Positions 35,829-44,336 of a DNA stretch of 64,000 bases are shown here, piece by piece. Made by a program: the position numbers and the translations under genes. The notes below the pieces were generated by a model. The model was not told the DNA's origin. It did no database searches and saw nothing but the letters and a program-made list of their open reading frames with translations. This stretch comes from Bacteroidales bacterium (GTDB lineage: Bacteria; Bacteroidota; Bacteroidia; Bacteroidales; Marinilabiliaceae): contig SUWW01000004.1 of NCBI GenBank assembly GCA_015061285.1, positions 341 through 64,340 on the forward strand, read 5' to 3'. Each line of letters begins with the position of its first letter. Position 1 is the first letter of the stretch.

Positions 35829-36250
35829 CTGATTAGCTTGAATGTGATTAAGCAGCCGATGATGATGCCGATGAGCAGCCACGCAAACCATAAGTCGGGC
35901 TTTTCCTCTGGCGCAACAGTTTGTGTCGTCGTCTCCTTCTCTCGGTACATAGGTACGTAGACCGTGTCTGGCTGAAGTATGTACACAGTGTTTATCTCGG
36001 CTTCCTTATGGTTGTTAAACTTGACATTTGTGTTGACCTTCGCACGTTCACCTTGCAGCGCCTCAATCTCACGTACGAGTAAGTTGCCAAGCGAGTCGCA
36101 CTCGATGAGCGCGTGCAGACTGGCAGTGTCGGGCTTCGTAACTATGAGCGTATCGCGCACCTCGACCCTTCGCACAGTCTCTATGTATTGCGTCGGTCGA
36201 CAGCTCACGACGAGCATCATCATTAGTATGCCTATAAGTATTCTGCTCAT
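35825..36250 (-). CDS. unimolecular-spanin-like protein (N-terminal lipoprotein signal plus C-terminal TM)
   Basis: Lipobox LVVSC at the N-terminus. C-terminal TM LWFAWLLIGIIIGCLITF. Located in the lysis cluster. Confidence 0.45.
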   Translation of the reverse strand: MSRILIGILMMMLVVSCRPTQYIETVRRVEVRDTLIVTKPDTASLHALIECDSLGNLLVREIEALQGERAKVNTNVKFNNHKEAEINTVYILQPDTVYVPMYREKETTTQTVAPEEKPDLWFAWLLIGIIIGCLITFKLIR

Positions 36251-36420
36251 GCGAATTTTAGAGCTGTCTTGATGAGGAGTGGGTTCTTGACCACCTTGTC
36301 GAGCAAGCGGATAACATCTTGCTTGTCGGACGTAGATAGCACCTTTTGGAGGAGCGTGCCGAGTTGCTTTACCTCGGCTTCACCGCTCGCATCTACTTTG
36401 ATTGAGAGTTTGTATTGCAT
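36247..36420 (-). CDS. 57-aa hypothetical ORF (below the track cutoff)
   Basis: MQYKLSIKVDASGEAEVKQLGTLLQKVL... ATGA overlap with the downstream spanin-like gene. Confidence 0.35.
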   Translation of the reverse strand: MQYKLSIKVDASGEAEVKQLGTLLQKVLSTSDKQDVIRLLDKVVKNPLLIKTALKFA

Positions 36421-36430
36421 GGTAATTTAT

Positions 36431-36438
36431 TACTTTTG
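36431..36438 (+). promoter_or_regulatory. candidate Bacteroides -7 promoter box TACTTTTG
   Basis: Matches the TAnnTTTG consensus, 22 nt upstream of the ATG at 36460. Confidence 0.35.
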
Positions 36439-36459
36439 CGGTAATATTTTCGGATTAAT

Positions 36460-36822
36460 ATGAAAAGGATTCTCGCTTATGTTGACATACTAGTTAGTTT
36501 GGCAAGCATTATTATCTTGGCTCTTGTGTTGCACGGTGCTAATGATGATAATGTTTTCGTAGCCTTTCTTATCTGGATTGCATGGATAATAGTGATACCA
36601 AGTCCTTTGTTTTTATGGGCTGCTTTTTGTCTATTGAAACGTAAAACAAATCATTGTCTATCGGCAATAATGATAATAGTGTTTGGCTTATACTCAATAG
36701 GCCTTATAGGACTTGCAGTTACACGTAGCGTATTTGGCGTGTTGGCCATACTAGAAATTCCTTTCTTTGCACTAAATGTCTATTACACGTTCCCTCGCCA
36801 AACTTTAACCTCTACAGATTAG
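36460..36822 (+). CDS. small polytopic membrane protein, opposite-strand moron
   Basis: Four hydrophobic helices. Visibly AT-richer than its neighbours. 3' end overlaps the convergent gene by 18 nt. Confidence 0.55.
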   Translation: MKRILAYVDILVSLASIIILALVLHGANDDNVFVAFLIWIAWIIVIPSPLFLWAAFCLLKRKTNHCLSAIMIIVFGLYSIGLIGLAVTRSVFGVLAILEIPFFALNVYYTFPRQTLTSTD

Positions 36823-37170
36823 TTTTCTTAGTTGTTCATTCTCGTTGCGGAGCGCATCGATAGTCTGATTCAGTTCCTCGTTGGCACGCTTGAGCATGTC
36901 GATTGTCTGCGCGAGTTGCTTGTTCTTGCTGTCGAGTTCGATGCACTCGGTCTTGATTTGCGCATAGTCTACACGCAACTGAAAAATCTTATCGTAGAGC
37001 TGTTTGTTCTGCTCTACGCAGTCATCGACGGTCTTGCGGAGATCGTTGACGGTGTCGTTGTCGAGTTGCGCCTGCTCTGTGTTGCGCTTGTGCCTCGCCG
37101 CCCACCAGGTTATTGCGCTGGTGAGCGGTACGAGTACAAGTGCCATCCATTGTTGAAGCGTTTCAAACAT
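36805..37170 (-). CDS. N-terminal TM plus coiled-coil protein
   Basis: TM WMALVLVPLTSAITWWA followed by a long heptad coiled coil. Confidence 0.5.
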   Translation of the reverse strand: MFETLQQWMALVLVPLTSAITWWAARHKRNTEQAQLDNDTVNDLRKTVDDCVEQNKQLYDKIFQLRVDYAQIKTECIELDSKNKQLAQTIDMLKRANEELNQTIDALRNENEQLRKLICRG

Positions 37171-37189
37171 GGTGGTTCGGGATTAGTGG

Positions 37190-37582
37190 TTAGGCTGTCT
37201 TCTCATAGAAAATGCTGTCCTTACCGACCTGCTCGTTGAATGCCGCAACGAACTCTTCGTAAGTACCAATGCCATTGAGCGTGTTGTTGATGGTGGTGAT
37301 GATGTCGCCATTCTGACCGACGGCATCGGCGAGTTCCTTGAGGGTGTCGAGAGCCTCGGGCGCACCGTTGACGAGGTTGTTTATCTGTGTATTGGTGTAC
37401 GCCTTAGCCTCGTTGAGAACGACGGTGCACTTGTCGTCGGTGTACTTCTTGGCTTCGGTGACAGCCTCGGTCTTGGCCTTGGGGATGACAACGTTGATGA
37501 TGTTGTCGAACTGACTTGCGATGAGCTTGAACTTGCGACCAAGAAAGTCACCAATCTTTGCGAGAATTGTGTTGAGTACCAT
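37190..37582 (-). CDS. tail-fibre-motif protein
   Basis: NGAPEALDTLKELADAVGQNGD motif and GTYEEFVAAFNE motif, shared with 24724-25200. Confidence 0.55.
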   Translation of the reverse strand: MVLNTILAKIGDFLGRKFKLIASQFDNIINVVIPKAKTEAVTEAKKYTDDKCTVVLNEAKAYTNTQINNLVNGAPEALDTLKELADAVGQNGDIITTINNTLNGIGTYEEFVAAFNEQVGKDSIFYEKTA

Positions 37583-37617
37583 AAATAGTTAAGAGTTAAA
37601 AGTTTAGAGTTAAGAGT
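37583..37617. repeat. heptamer-phased intergenic cassette
   Basis: Sense strand reads TAAACTC TTAACTC TAAACTT TTAACTC TTAACTA TTT ATG. Confidence 0.8.
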
Positions 37618-38142
37618 TTACTGAACTGGAGAGTTGGTCTGTGAATACCCAGTGAGGTTGCCTGCCTTGATGACGGCATTGACGAGATCCTTGTAGTCGG
37701 TCTCGCTCATGCACGAAATCTTGTAGTTGACGTAGGGCACAGACTGGTTGACAGCTAACGACCACTGATTGTAGCCCGTTAAGCCATTGAGCCAAGAGTT
37801 GAGTCCCGATAGGCTGTTGTTGGCCGTCGTACCTGTCGTTGTAGAGCTGTAAGAGACCGCCGTAGCAGTCTTCGTGGCATTGTTGGAGACGTTGCTCATG
37901 GCGAACATCTTAGCTGCGGGGATGCACTTGACAGATGTCTTCCAATACTTAGCATCGAAAACGCCATCGATGAACGTCTGGAACGTTTTGGCGTAGGATG
38001 AGTTGTTGAATCCGTTATTGGTATTTATGTTTACAGACGAACTGCTGTACTTTGTCGCTACCATACCAAGTACAGATGCGGCTAAGTAGTAGGTGTTCAG
38101 GTCGTTGCCCTGAGTGGTGAAGGAGAGCGCGTATTTACTCAT
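37618..38142 (-). CDS. hypothetical Ser/Thr/Asn-rich structural protein
   Basis: 174-aa ORF in the fibre region. Confidence 0.5.
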   Translation of the reverse strand: MSKYALSFTTQGNDLNTYYLAASVLGMVATKYSSSSVNINTNNGFNNSSYAKTFQTFIDGVFDAKYWKTSVKCIPAAKMFAMSNVSNNATKTATAVSYSSTTTGTTANNSLSGLNSWLNGLTGYNQWSLAVNQSVPYVNYKISCMSETDYKDLVNAVIKAGNLTGYSQTNSPVQ

Positions 38143-38662
38143 GATTGATGTAGTTATTGAAGGTTAGCGTTGAGGCCGTCTGGTTCACGAAGTTGCCGAA
38201 GGTCATGGTGTTCTTGCTCGTTTCTATGAAGTTTGAGAATGTCAATTGATTGCTATTCGTATTCACAAAGTCTTTGAACGTCAATGTATTGCCGTTCGCA
38301 TCCACGAAGTCTTTGAACGTCAGTATGTCTCCTTTCGCATCTACAAAATCACCGAACTCAATGGTATCGGCAATGACAATAGGAGTACCGCACTCGACGA
38401 AATCACTGAACTCAATAATATCGGCAATAACAACAGGACTACTGCACTCTACGAAATCACTGAACTCAATGGTGTCAGCAATGACAACAGGACTATCACA
38501 CTCGACGAAATCCTCGAAAGTCAGTTTATCCTTGTCGTTGCACTTGCATTTGTACAATTCAAGCAGCCGCTCACACTCCCTGAGACGAGCCTCCATGAGC
38601 ATGAGTTTGCGAGCGATGAAGTCGCCCTGTTTCTGCATTATGTTGGAATCGCTCGTAATCAT
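38135..38662 (-). CDS. tandem-repeat protein with about ten [TE]F-x-[DN]F[VI] units
   Basis: N-terminal coiled coil, then repeats FVECDSPVVIADTIEFSD x3 and FVDANGNTLTFKD-type units x6. Confidence 0.55.
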   Translation of the reverse strand: MITSDSNIMQKQGDFIARKLMLMEARLRECERLLELYKCKCNDKDKLTFEDFVECDSPVVIADTIEFSDFVECSSPVVIADIIEFSDFVECGTPIVIADTIEFGDFVDAKGDILTFKDFVDANGNTLTFKDFVNTNSNQLTFSNFIETSKNTMTFGNFVNQTASTLTFNNYINHE

Positions 38663-38985
38663 TTCAGACAGTCATCTTTAGTGTTATCGGAGTTATGGCA
38701 GTCGGCAATCTCTTTGCCCGCCTCGGATGCTAAGAAGTGGTTCTCGAACACCTGATACTCGCCCTCGTCATTCGCACCCCCGACAGCTATCCACTCCTTG
38801 CCATTCCACACGTAGACAGTGTCTGTCTCTCGCACAAAGACCTGCAAACCCACGGCACGCTTGATCTCCTCAAGCGCATCGCGTTCCGCCAACGAATCGA
38901 AGCGACAGCGGTTGTCCACGAGCTCTTGTGAGCCCATGTCGAAGCCGCAGTTCATCGCTATGCCTTTGCCGAAAGAGTTTGACAT
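38659..38985 (-). CDS. hypothetical fibre-associated protein
   Basis: 108-aa ORF. RFDSLAERDAL...VFVRETDTVYVWNGKEW pattern seen in some fibre proteins. Confidence 0.45.
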   Translation of the reverse strand: MSNSFGKGIAMNCGFDMGSQELVDNRCRFDSLAERDALEEIKRAVGLQVFVRETDTVYVWNGKEWIAVGGANDEGEYQVFENHFLASEAGKEIADCHNSDNTKDDCLK

Positions 38986-39782
38986 CAGTTGAGTGAGTAA
39001 GTGATTTTGCAGGTATATGACTCCTGCTTGTTTGGGTTAGAGATGTAGATGTTGTAAGGCACTTCCTGCCCATCGAGACACGGAATCTTGATGACAAACC
39101 GAGTATCGAACGAGTTCAGAATCTTGTAGCCCGACGGGTTAAGTATGTCCGAGACTGTACCAGCCACAGCCACGATCATGCGCATCGAGTCGAACTTCCC
39201 GAATGCCGCCGTGATAGTGCCGCTGTTCGCCGTAGGTATGACCTTCGTTAGCCCTTGGGTTATACCTGGGTTAGCGTTGGTATCAGCTACGATGCCGTAG
39301 TAGATAGGTCTGCGGAAAGCATACTTTATCTCGTTCGATTTTCCTGTTAGACCTTTTTCATCGGCAACAGTGGCAGTAAACGAGACGTTCTTACCAACGT
39401 TCATAACGATGAAAATCTCAGCGCCGCCAGCAGCATTTGGTGCAGCGATAGACTGCCCTTCCGATAGCTTTACCAACTTGATTGCATACGATTTCTTGGT
39501 AGTCGTTGCCGTCAGCGTGAGCTTATCGATGACGTCACCAATTTCACGATTGTAGTTGGTATCGCTTGCTGAAAGCGAGATTAGCGGTGCACGCTCAGGA
39601 TAGAAGAGCATGTTGAATACATCCTCCATCGTGGCGTTCTCGAACGATGTACCAGCCTTCACACCGCCGATTGTCTCAATGGTCTTCTCGGCATTGGTGT
39701 AGGTCATGCCCTCGCTGCCACTGCCGTCGCCAACCATGTCGAACTTGCCTGTGATGGGGTTTACTTTGAACTTCTCTGCCAT
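38985..39782 (-). CDS. tail fibre / receptor-binding-like protein
   Basis: N-terminus KFKVNPITGKFDMVG typical of fibre N-termini. Beta-rich remainder. Confidence 0.45.
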   Translation of the reverse strand: MAEKFKVNPITGKFDMVGDGSGSEGMTYTNAEKTIETIGGVKAGTSFENATMEDVFNMLFYPERAPLISLSASDTNYNREIGDVIDKLTLTATTTKKSYAIKLVKLSEGQSIAAPNAAGGAEIFIVMNVGKNVSFTATVADEKGLTGKSNEIKYAFRRPIYYGIVADTNANPGITQGLTKVIPTANSGTITAAFGKFDSMRMIVAVAGTVSDILNPSGYKILNSFDTRFVIKIPCLDGQEVPYNIYISNPNKQESYTCKITYSLN

Positions 39783-39784
39783 GG

Positions 39785-40918
39785 CTATCGTAGTTTCAAA
39801 TCTTTATCGTCGTGCATAACAGCCCCACGAGGTTGCGCTTGCGCGTGTTGTGTCTGCACTGTCGCCATTTTCCACTGATTGTAGAGACTCGTCATCGACT
39901 GCTTGTTGAGCATAAAGACATTCATTATGGCCAAGAACTGGTTGAACTCATCGTCGGTCAATCCTTTTGCCCATGTCCCTATCTGCTGTATTTGCCCAGA
40001 ACGTAAATCTTCAGATTCCACCTCCACATCTGCATCATCATCCGTCTCTGCTGTGTATTGTCCCATGCCATCATCCTGAGCTGCCATAGCTGCATCGAGT
40101 GCTGGTTTGGGTATGCCCGATAGCGCACTGATAACGCCCGTGTTCGACTTGACAACGCCCGTAAGGATGCTCTGCCCAAGAGCCTTGAGAGCGATGCCAC
40201 CGAGTGAGTTCTCTGGCTTCATCTTCTCAAGTTCCTCGACACGTTCCTCACTTCTTTCCAACTTGCGAGATAGCTTCTCAATTGTCTTGTCCTTGGTAGC
40301 TATCTCACCTTTCAGCGAAGCAATCTCCTCTCGAAGCGTTGCTGCATCTTGATGCGCTACATCGAGCAATCTCGACTGCTCCTTCATCTCGTACTGCTGG
40401 CGTATATTTCCATCACGCACTGCCAGAATAGCACCAAGGCCACCGAGAGGCGAGTTGTCGTCTGCTCCATTGAGACCTATGTCGAAGCCGAGCAGTCCGA
40501 GCATAGCGTTCACGTTCCCAAACGGCGCATTACCGTGCATCTGGTTGTATGCGGCCTTAGCGTTGCGCACATCGCGTGTGTCGGACGAAAGTATCTCGAC
40601 CTCACCAGCACGACTTGGCGTTAAGCCATTCAACGGATGCGAATCCCGAAGTACAAACTCCACATAGTCCTTGCTCCTGACGCGCGAGTTGCCCATGTCC
40701 ACGCGGATGTAGTCGATATGCGAGTCCTTCAAAAGCAGGTTCAGTTTCTCCTCAACACTGGCAGCTGCGAGCGCACCATCCTCATACGACGAGTCGAACT
40801 CGCGCACTGTTGGGTCGCCCTGCTTAGTGTAGGCAATGCTCCAACGTACCTTCTTGTTGCACGTGCGGAGCTTCGCCACGAGGTTGTTCTGTGTGAGTTG
40901 TATTTCGGTTTGAGTCAT
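39785..40918 (-). CDS. hypothetical protein with central coiled coil
   Basis: 377-aa ORF. Coiled coil REEIASLKGEIATKDKTIEKLSRKLERSEERVEELEK. Confidence 0.5.
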   Translation of the reverse strand: MTQTEIQLTQNNLVAKLRTCNKKVRWSIAYTKQGDPTVREFDSSYEDGALAAASVEEKLNLLLKDSHIDYIRVDMGNSRVRSKDYVEFVLRDSHPLNGLTPSRAGEVEILSSDTRDVRNAKAAYNQMHGNAPFGNVNAMLGLLGFDIGLNGADDNSPLGGLGAILAVRDGNIRQQYEMKEQSRLLDVAHQDAATLREEIASLKGEIATKDKTIEKLSRKLERSEERVEELEKMKPENSLGGIALKALGQSILTGVVKSNTGVISALSGIPKPALDAAMAAQDDGMGQYTAETDDDADVEVESEDLRSGQIQQIGTWAKGLTDDEFNQFLAIMNVFMLNKQSMTSLYNQWKMATVQTQHAQAQPRGAVMHDDKDLKLR

Positions 40919-41298
40919 CGTTTCTGTTGAATGATTGGAGTTACACGAATGAAGTCGAGGCGGAACGGCGTGATCTTGTCCTCTGCTGAATACGCTTTAG
41001 CGCCTGTCGTCTTGATGATGAGATAGTTGCGAAACATGCGGTTTGTTGTCGTGCCAAGCGTCGCAATCTCCTGTTCTGTCGCCAAAAGGCTATCAGTTGG
41101 CGAGATTAGGCACACTTCGTTCAAATCCTCCACGAGGTTTGGTGCGGAAGCTCGTATGCCCGTAAGTATGTAGCTATCGTTCATCAGCTGCATTATCTGC
41201 AATGGCGATGTGACTGTGATGCTTGTTGGTGTGACAACCGTCTTGAAGCCCATGCGCTCGAAGCGTTGCTGCTCTATGTATGCGAGTCTACTTATCAT
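40915..41298 (-). CDS. hypothetical protein
   Basis: 127-aa ORF with 4-nt overlaps to its neighbours. Confidence 0.5.
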   Translation of the reverse strand: MISRLAYIEQQRFERMGFKTVVTPTSITVTSPLQIMQLMNDSYILTGIRASAPNLVEDLNEVCLISPTDSLLATEQEIATLGTTTNRMFRNYLIIKTTGAKAYSAEDKITPFRLDFIRVTPIIQQKR

Positions 41299-41821
41299 AC
41301 TCCATGTAGAATTTGGCAGTGTAGCCGTTCGTACTCACGTTCTTGGGTTTGCCGTCCGCTGTCAGACTGAAGTAGTCGAGAGCCTCGCACGTATCGTCAA
41401 GCGACAGTCGCTCATCTTCACGCTCGAAAGGTTCAAACAGCTTCTCTTCAATGATGATGCGTAGTGCCGAACCATTCTCCACGTCGATGCCACCTTGCGG
41501 CAGCATCGTGCGAACCATATCTATAGTGCCCTTATTGGCCTTGCTCAATACGCAGAGAGGCGTTGAATCCGCAACCACATGCGTATTGTTGAGCGTAGCC
41601 GACAGAGAGCCAATCTGCACTGAGCGATCGCCGTAAGCGGTCTGTTTCAAATCTTTCTTTGCAGCGCAAATGACCTTCTGCAAAACACTCGTGGTCGGCA
41701 GCGTGACGTTGCTCCAGAAGGCTCTGACGTGGCGCACTTGCGATGGCAGAATGACTTCCACCTGATGTACCGCGCCCCATTTCTTATGGTCTGGAATCTC
41801 TATCGTAGCCACATAAATCAT
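41288..41821 (-). CDS. hypothetical protein
   Basis: 177-aa ORF, overlapping its neighbours. Confidence 0.5.
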   Translation of the reverse strand: MIYVATIEIPDHKKWGAVHQVEVILPSQVRHVRAFWSNVTLPTTSVLQKVICAAKKDLKQTAYGDRSVQIGSLSATLNNTHVVADSTPLCVLSKANKGTIDMVRTMLPQGGIDVENGSALRIIIEEKLFEPFEREDERLSLDDTCEALDYFSLTADGKPKNVSTNGYTAKFYMEYDK

Positions 41822-42222
41822 CGCTCAAGCACGAAATAGAGGTTGAACATCTGGTCGGTCTTGGTGTTGTTCGTTAGGATCATCTCGAACTCGCTCGACT
41901 TGGCTGGTATCTCATCTTTAGAGAAATCGTAAATCGTCTGCCCGAGCGACACCTCGCCTTTGAACGCGATGAGCGAGAGGTCGAAGCCGTCTGGCAGTAT
42001 CTCGTTCTGCGCAATCTTTAGCGAGCATGTCACGCCCGACAAATCGGTGCTTGCCGACTGTGGCACGACGAACACGCCCACGCATTTCGTAAAGTCCTGG
42101 CGCAGCTGGTCCGTCAGCGACACAATGTTGCCGCCCGCCGTGACTTTATTCGTCTCCGAGTCGGTACTCTCGATTATGCCCTTGGCTATTATGTTCCTGA
42201 ATATCTGAAAGCTTCTCTTCAT
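41818..42222 (-). CDS. hypothetical beta-rich protein
   Basis: 134-aa ORF. Confidence 0.5.
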   Translation of the reverse strand: MKRSFQIFRNIIAKGIIESTDSETNKVTAGGNIVSLTDQLRQDFTKCVGVFVVPQSASTDLSGVTCSLKIAQNEILPDGFDLSLIAFKGEVSLGQTIYDFSKDEIPAKSSEFEMILTNNTKTDQMFNLYFVLER

Positions 42223-42234
42223 GGTTGTTTGTGG

Positions 42235-43596
42235 TTAGACTATTTTCTTGTAACCGAACAGGAAGAACAGCGTCCAGTCGGCGAACATCACTGGGTGTTT
42301 GGTGATAGCTATATCAGCCCCTCGCACGTCTTTGCGTCTGTTGACATTGACGGATATGGATCGTGTCACGCCGTCCTCGACATCAAATGTCATCAGCGCA
42401 TCGCGCATGGGTATGCGGTCGTTTGCTGTATAGAGTTCGAGGTCGGTATCAGGCTCTGTTATCTCACGTCCAGCCCCCGACAGTGTGAAGGTCAGCGGAT
42501 AGTCGCAATGCAGCCAAATGTCGTCGGCATTCGACTTGGGCGAGTGGATGCGCGTGAGGTTATAGACGAACATCATCTTCGGCTCATGGTCGAAGCGGAA
42601 GATGTTCTCCTGGCGAAAAAACTCACTGTTGTAGAGTGCCTTTTGTTGCACCCACGAGGCCATCCTGAAGAGGTCTTCCTTGCGGACCTCCGTTCCCTCG
42701 ATGCTCTTGTCGGTGCAGTAGTCGGCGGTCGTGTAAACAGCATCGTCAATACGTACCGAAAACGCCGCGCTGTCGGCAATCTTCACCACCGCACCATTCC
42801 CGCCTAAGTACATCAGATTATCGGGTGATGCCTTGGGCGTTCCTTCGATGATGAGTGATGGAAAGCCGCCCTCGGTGAAGACTGTTCGTGCCGTCAACGA
42901 GAAGAGTTTCGTGAACTTCGAGAGGCACGCCAAAGGTTCTTGCGGTGACGGTGCTTTGACTCCGTTTCGAGTATATTGCGCCGTTCTCAGAAGCACCGTC
43001 GTCTCGCCAGAAATGGTGTGTTTCCACTCCACGCCGTGCTGGTCGGCAATGAACCGCTCCCACAGTCGAGCAACGTCCGCTTTGGTCAACTCCATTGATG
43101 ATGAGCTTGCGGAAGAATTGCCGTCTCCGCTTGTCGTTGTCGTCAATGCCGCCTTGTCGAAAGCCTCCTGCAACGCCTTGCGAATGACGCTGATATTGGC
43201 AGTCTTGCGCAGCGTAATACGTTTAGTCTCAAAGAAATCAAAGCCGAGCGACTCGTCAACTCCCTCGTCCGAGCAGACCATGATGACGTTGAAATCACCG
43301 AGTGCCGAGGACTGTATTCTTATCTCCGACAGGTTGCAGTTGACGTTGACCTCAAGCGCCACTTTCTGCCAAGCAAATCTGTCTGGCGAGTATGGCGACG
43401 AGGTGCAGAACGGCAGAACGAGCAAGTCTCTGCATATCTGCTTGCCATCTATAGATATGGAGATCGTGTCGGGCGCAGTCTTGAAGCGGAAGAGTCCGTC
43501 GTTCTTATTCTCGAAGTAGAGATGGCGTATACTCTTCGCACCAAGTGGCGTAGCACTAATGGTCAGCTCGGACGATATGGGAATGACGTGAAACAC
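42235..43596 (-). CDS. hypothetical two-domain protein
   Basis: 453-aa ORF. GTG start. Ser/Thr linker TTTTSGDGNSSASSSS between the domains. Confidence 0.5.
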   Translation of the reverse strand: MFHVIPISSELTISATPLGAKSIRHLYFENKNDGLFRFKTAPDTISISIDGKQICRDLLVLPFCTSSPYSPDRFAWQKVALEVNVNCNLSEIRIQSSALGDFNVIMVCSDEGVDESLGFDFFETKRITLRKTANISVIRKALQEAFDKAALTTTTSGDGNSSASSSSMELTKADVARLWERFIADQHGVEWKHTISGETTVLLRTAQYTRNGVKAPSPQEPLACLSKFTKLFSLTARTVFTEGGFPSLIIEGTPKASPDNLMYLGGNGAVVKIADSAAFSVRIDDAVYTTADYCTDKSIEGTEVRKEDLFRMASWVQQKALYNSEFFRQENIFRFDHEPKMMFVYNLTRIHSPKSNADDIWLHCDYPLTFTLSGAGREITEPDTDLELYTANDRIPMRDALMTFDVEDGVTRSISVNVNRRKDVRGADIAITKHPVMFADWTLFFLFGYKKIV

Positions 43597-43650
43597 GGGT
43601 CAATTGAAAATTGAGAATTGAAAATTGACAGTTAAATCAGGCTATGCCTG
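43597..43650. repeat. heptamer-phased intergenic cassette
   Basis: Sense strand reads TAACTGT CAATTTT CAATTCT CAATTTT CAATTGA CCC GTG. Confidence 0.8.
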
Positions 43651-44292
43651 TTAGCCGTTGTTCTTGACTCCTTTGAAGACGATCTTGATTGCGCCCTTGG
43701 CAGCTGCTGGGAGCCAAAGCGTCGGCACGATGTCGGTGAGAGGAACGAGAATCTTCATGTTCTCCAGTCGCTTCATGCCTTGAAGTCCGTGCTGTGCATC
43801 GGCTTTGGTGCAGAAGCACTCCATGGAGTTGCGTGGATAGATGATCTTATCGCCCTGCTTGATTTCGAGTTCGCCATTGCGGAGAAGTGAGTCGCTAATT
43901 GGCTTCCAATCGGTAGCTACACGCGCCTTATCCTCGGTGTCAGACGACTCGGAATAGAGTATCTGAATGAACTGAATGCCTGCGTAGGTGTTGGCCTCAA
44001 GCTGACGCTTATTGAGGTTTCGGAGACCGACTTTCTTTTGGTCGGCTGATTCCATAAGCTCAACAGTGGTTGACTCGCTGAGACACTTGGTGGAGTAGAT
44101 TTCGTAGTCTACAATCTTGAGATTTCCATTGACTACGGCCTTTGCGACTGCCTCGTCGAGGAGCGCGAGACGGCTCTCGAACTCGACCTTTGCGGACGAG
44201 TCGTAAGTACCTACTGAGCCATGCTTCTTGACGAGCTTTCCGCCTATGACTGTTGCCTGCTCTGAGGCGTTGACGTTTACTGTTTTTGCCAT
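43651..44292 (-). CDS. hypothetical beta-rich protein
   Basis: 213-aa ORF. Confidence 0.5.
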   Translation of the reverse strand: MAKTVNVNASEQATVIGGKLVKKHGSVGTYDSSAKVEFESRLALLDEAVAKAVVNGNLKIVDYEIYSTKCLSESTTVELMESADQKKVGLRNLNKRQLEANTYAGIQFIQILYSESSDTEDKARVATDWKPISDSLLRNGELEIKQGDKIIYPRNSMECFCTKADAQHGLQGMKRLENMKILVPLTDIVPTLWLPAAAKGAIKIVFKGVKNNG

Positions 44293-44336
44293 TTGAATTG
44301 ATGGTTTTGTGGTTATTTATTCTGTCGGTTTGCGAC

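Noticed and set aside
42833-43519. A 228-aa plus-strand ORF antisense to the 453-aa gene.
   Set aside because: It lies entirely within a longer minus-strand ORF that is part of an overlapping operon. It has Ser-rich shadow composition.
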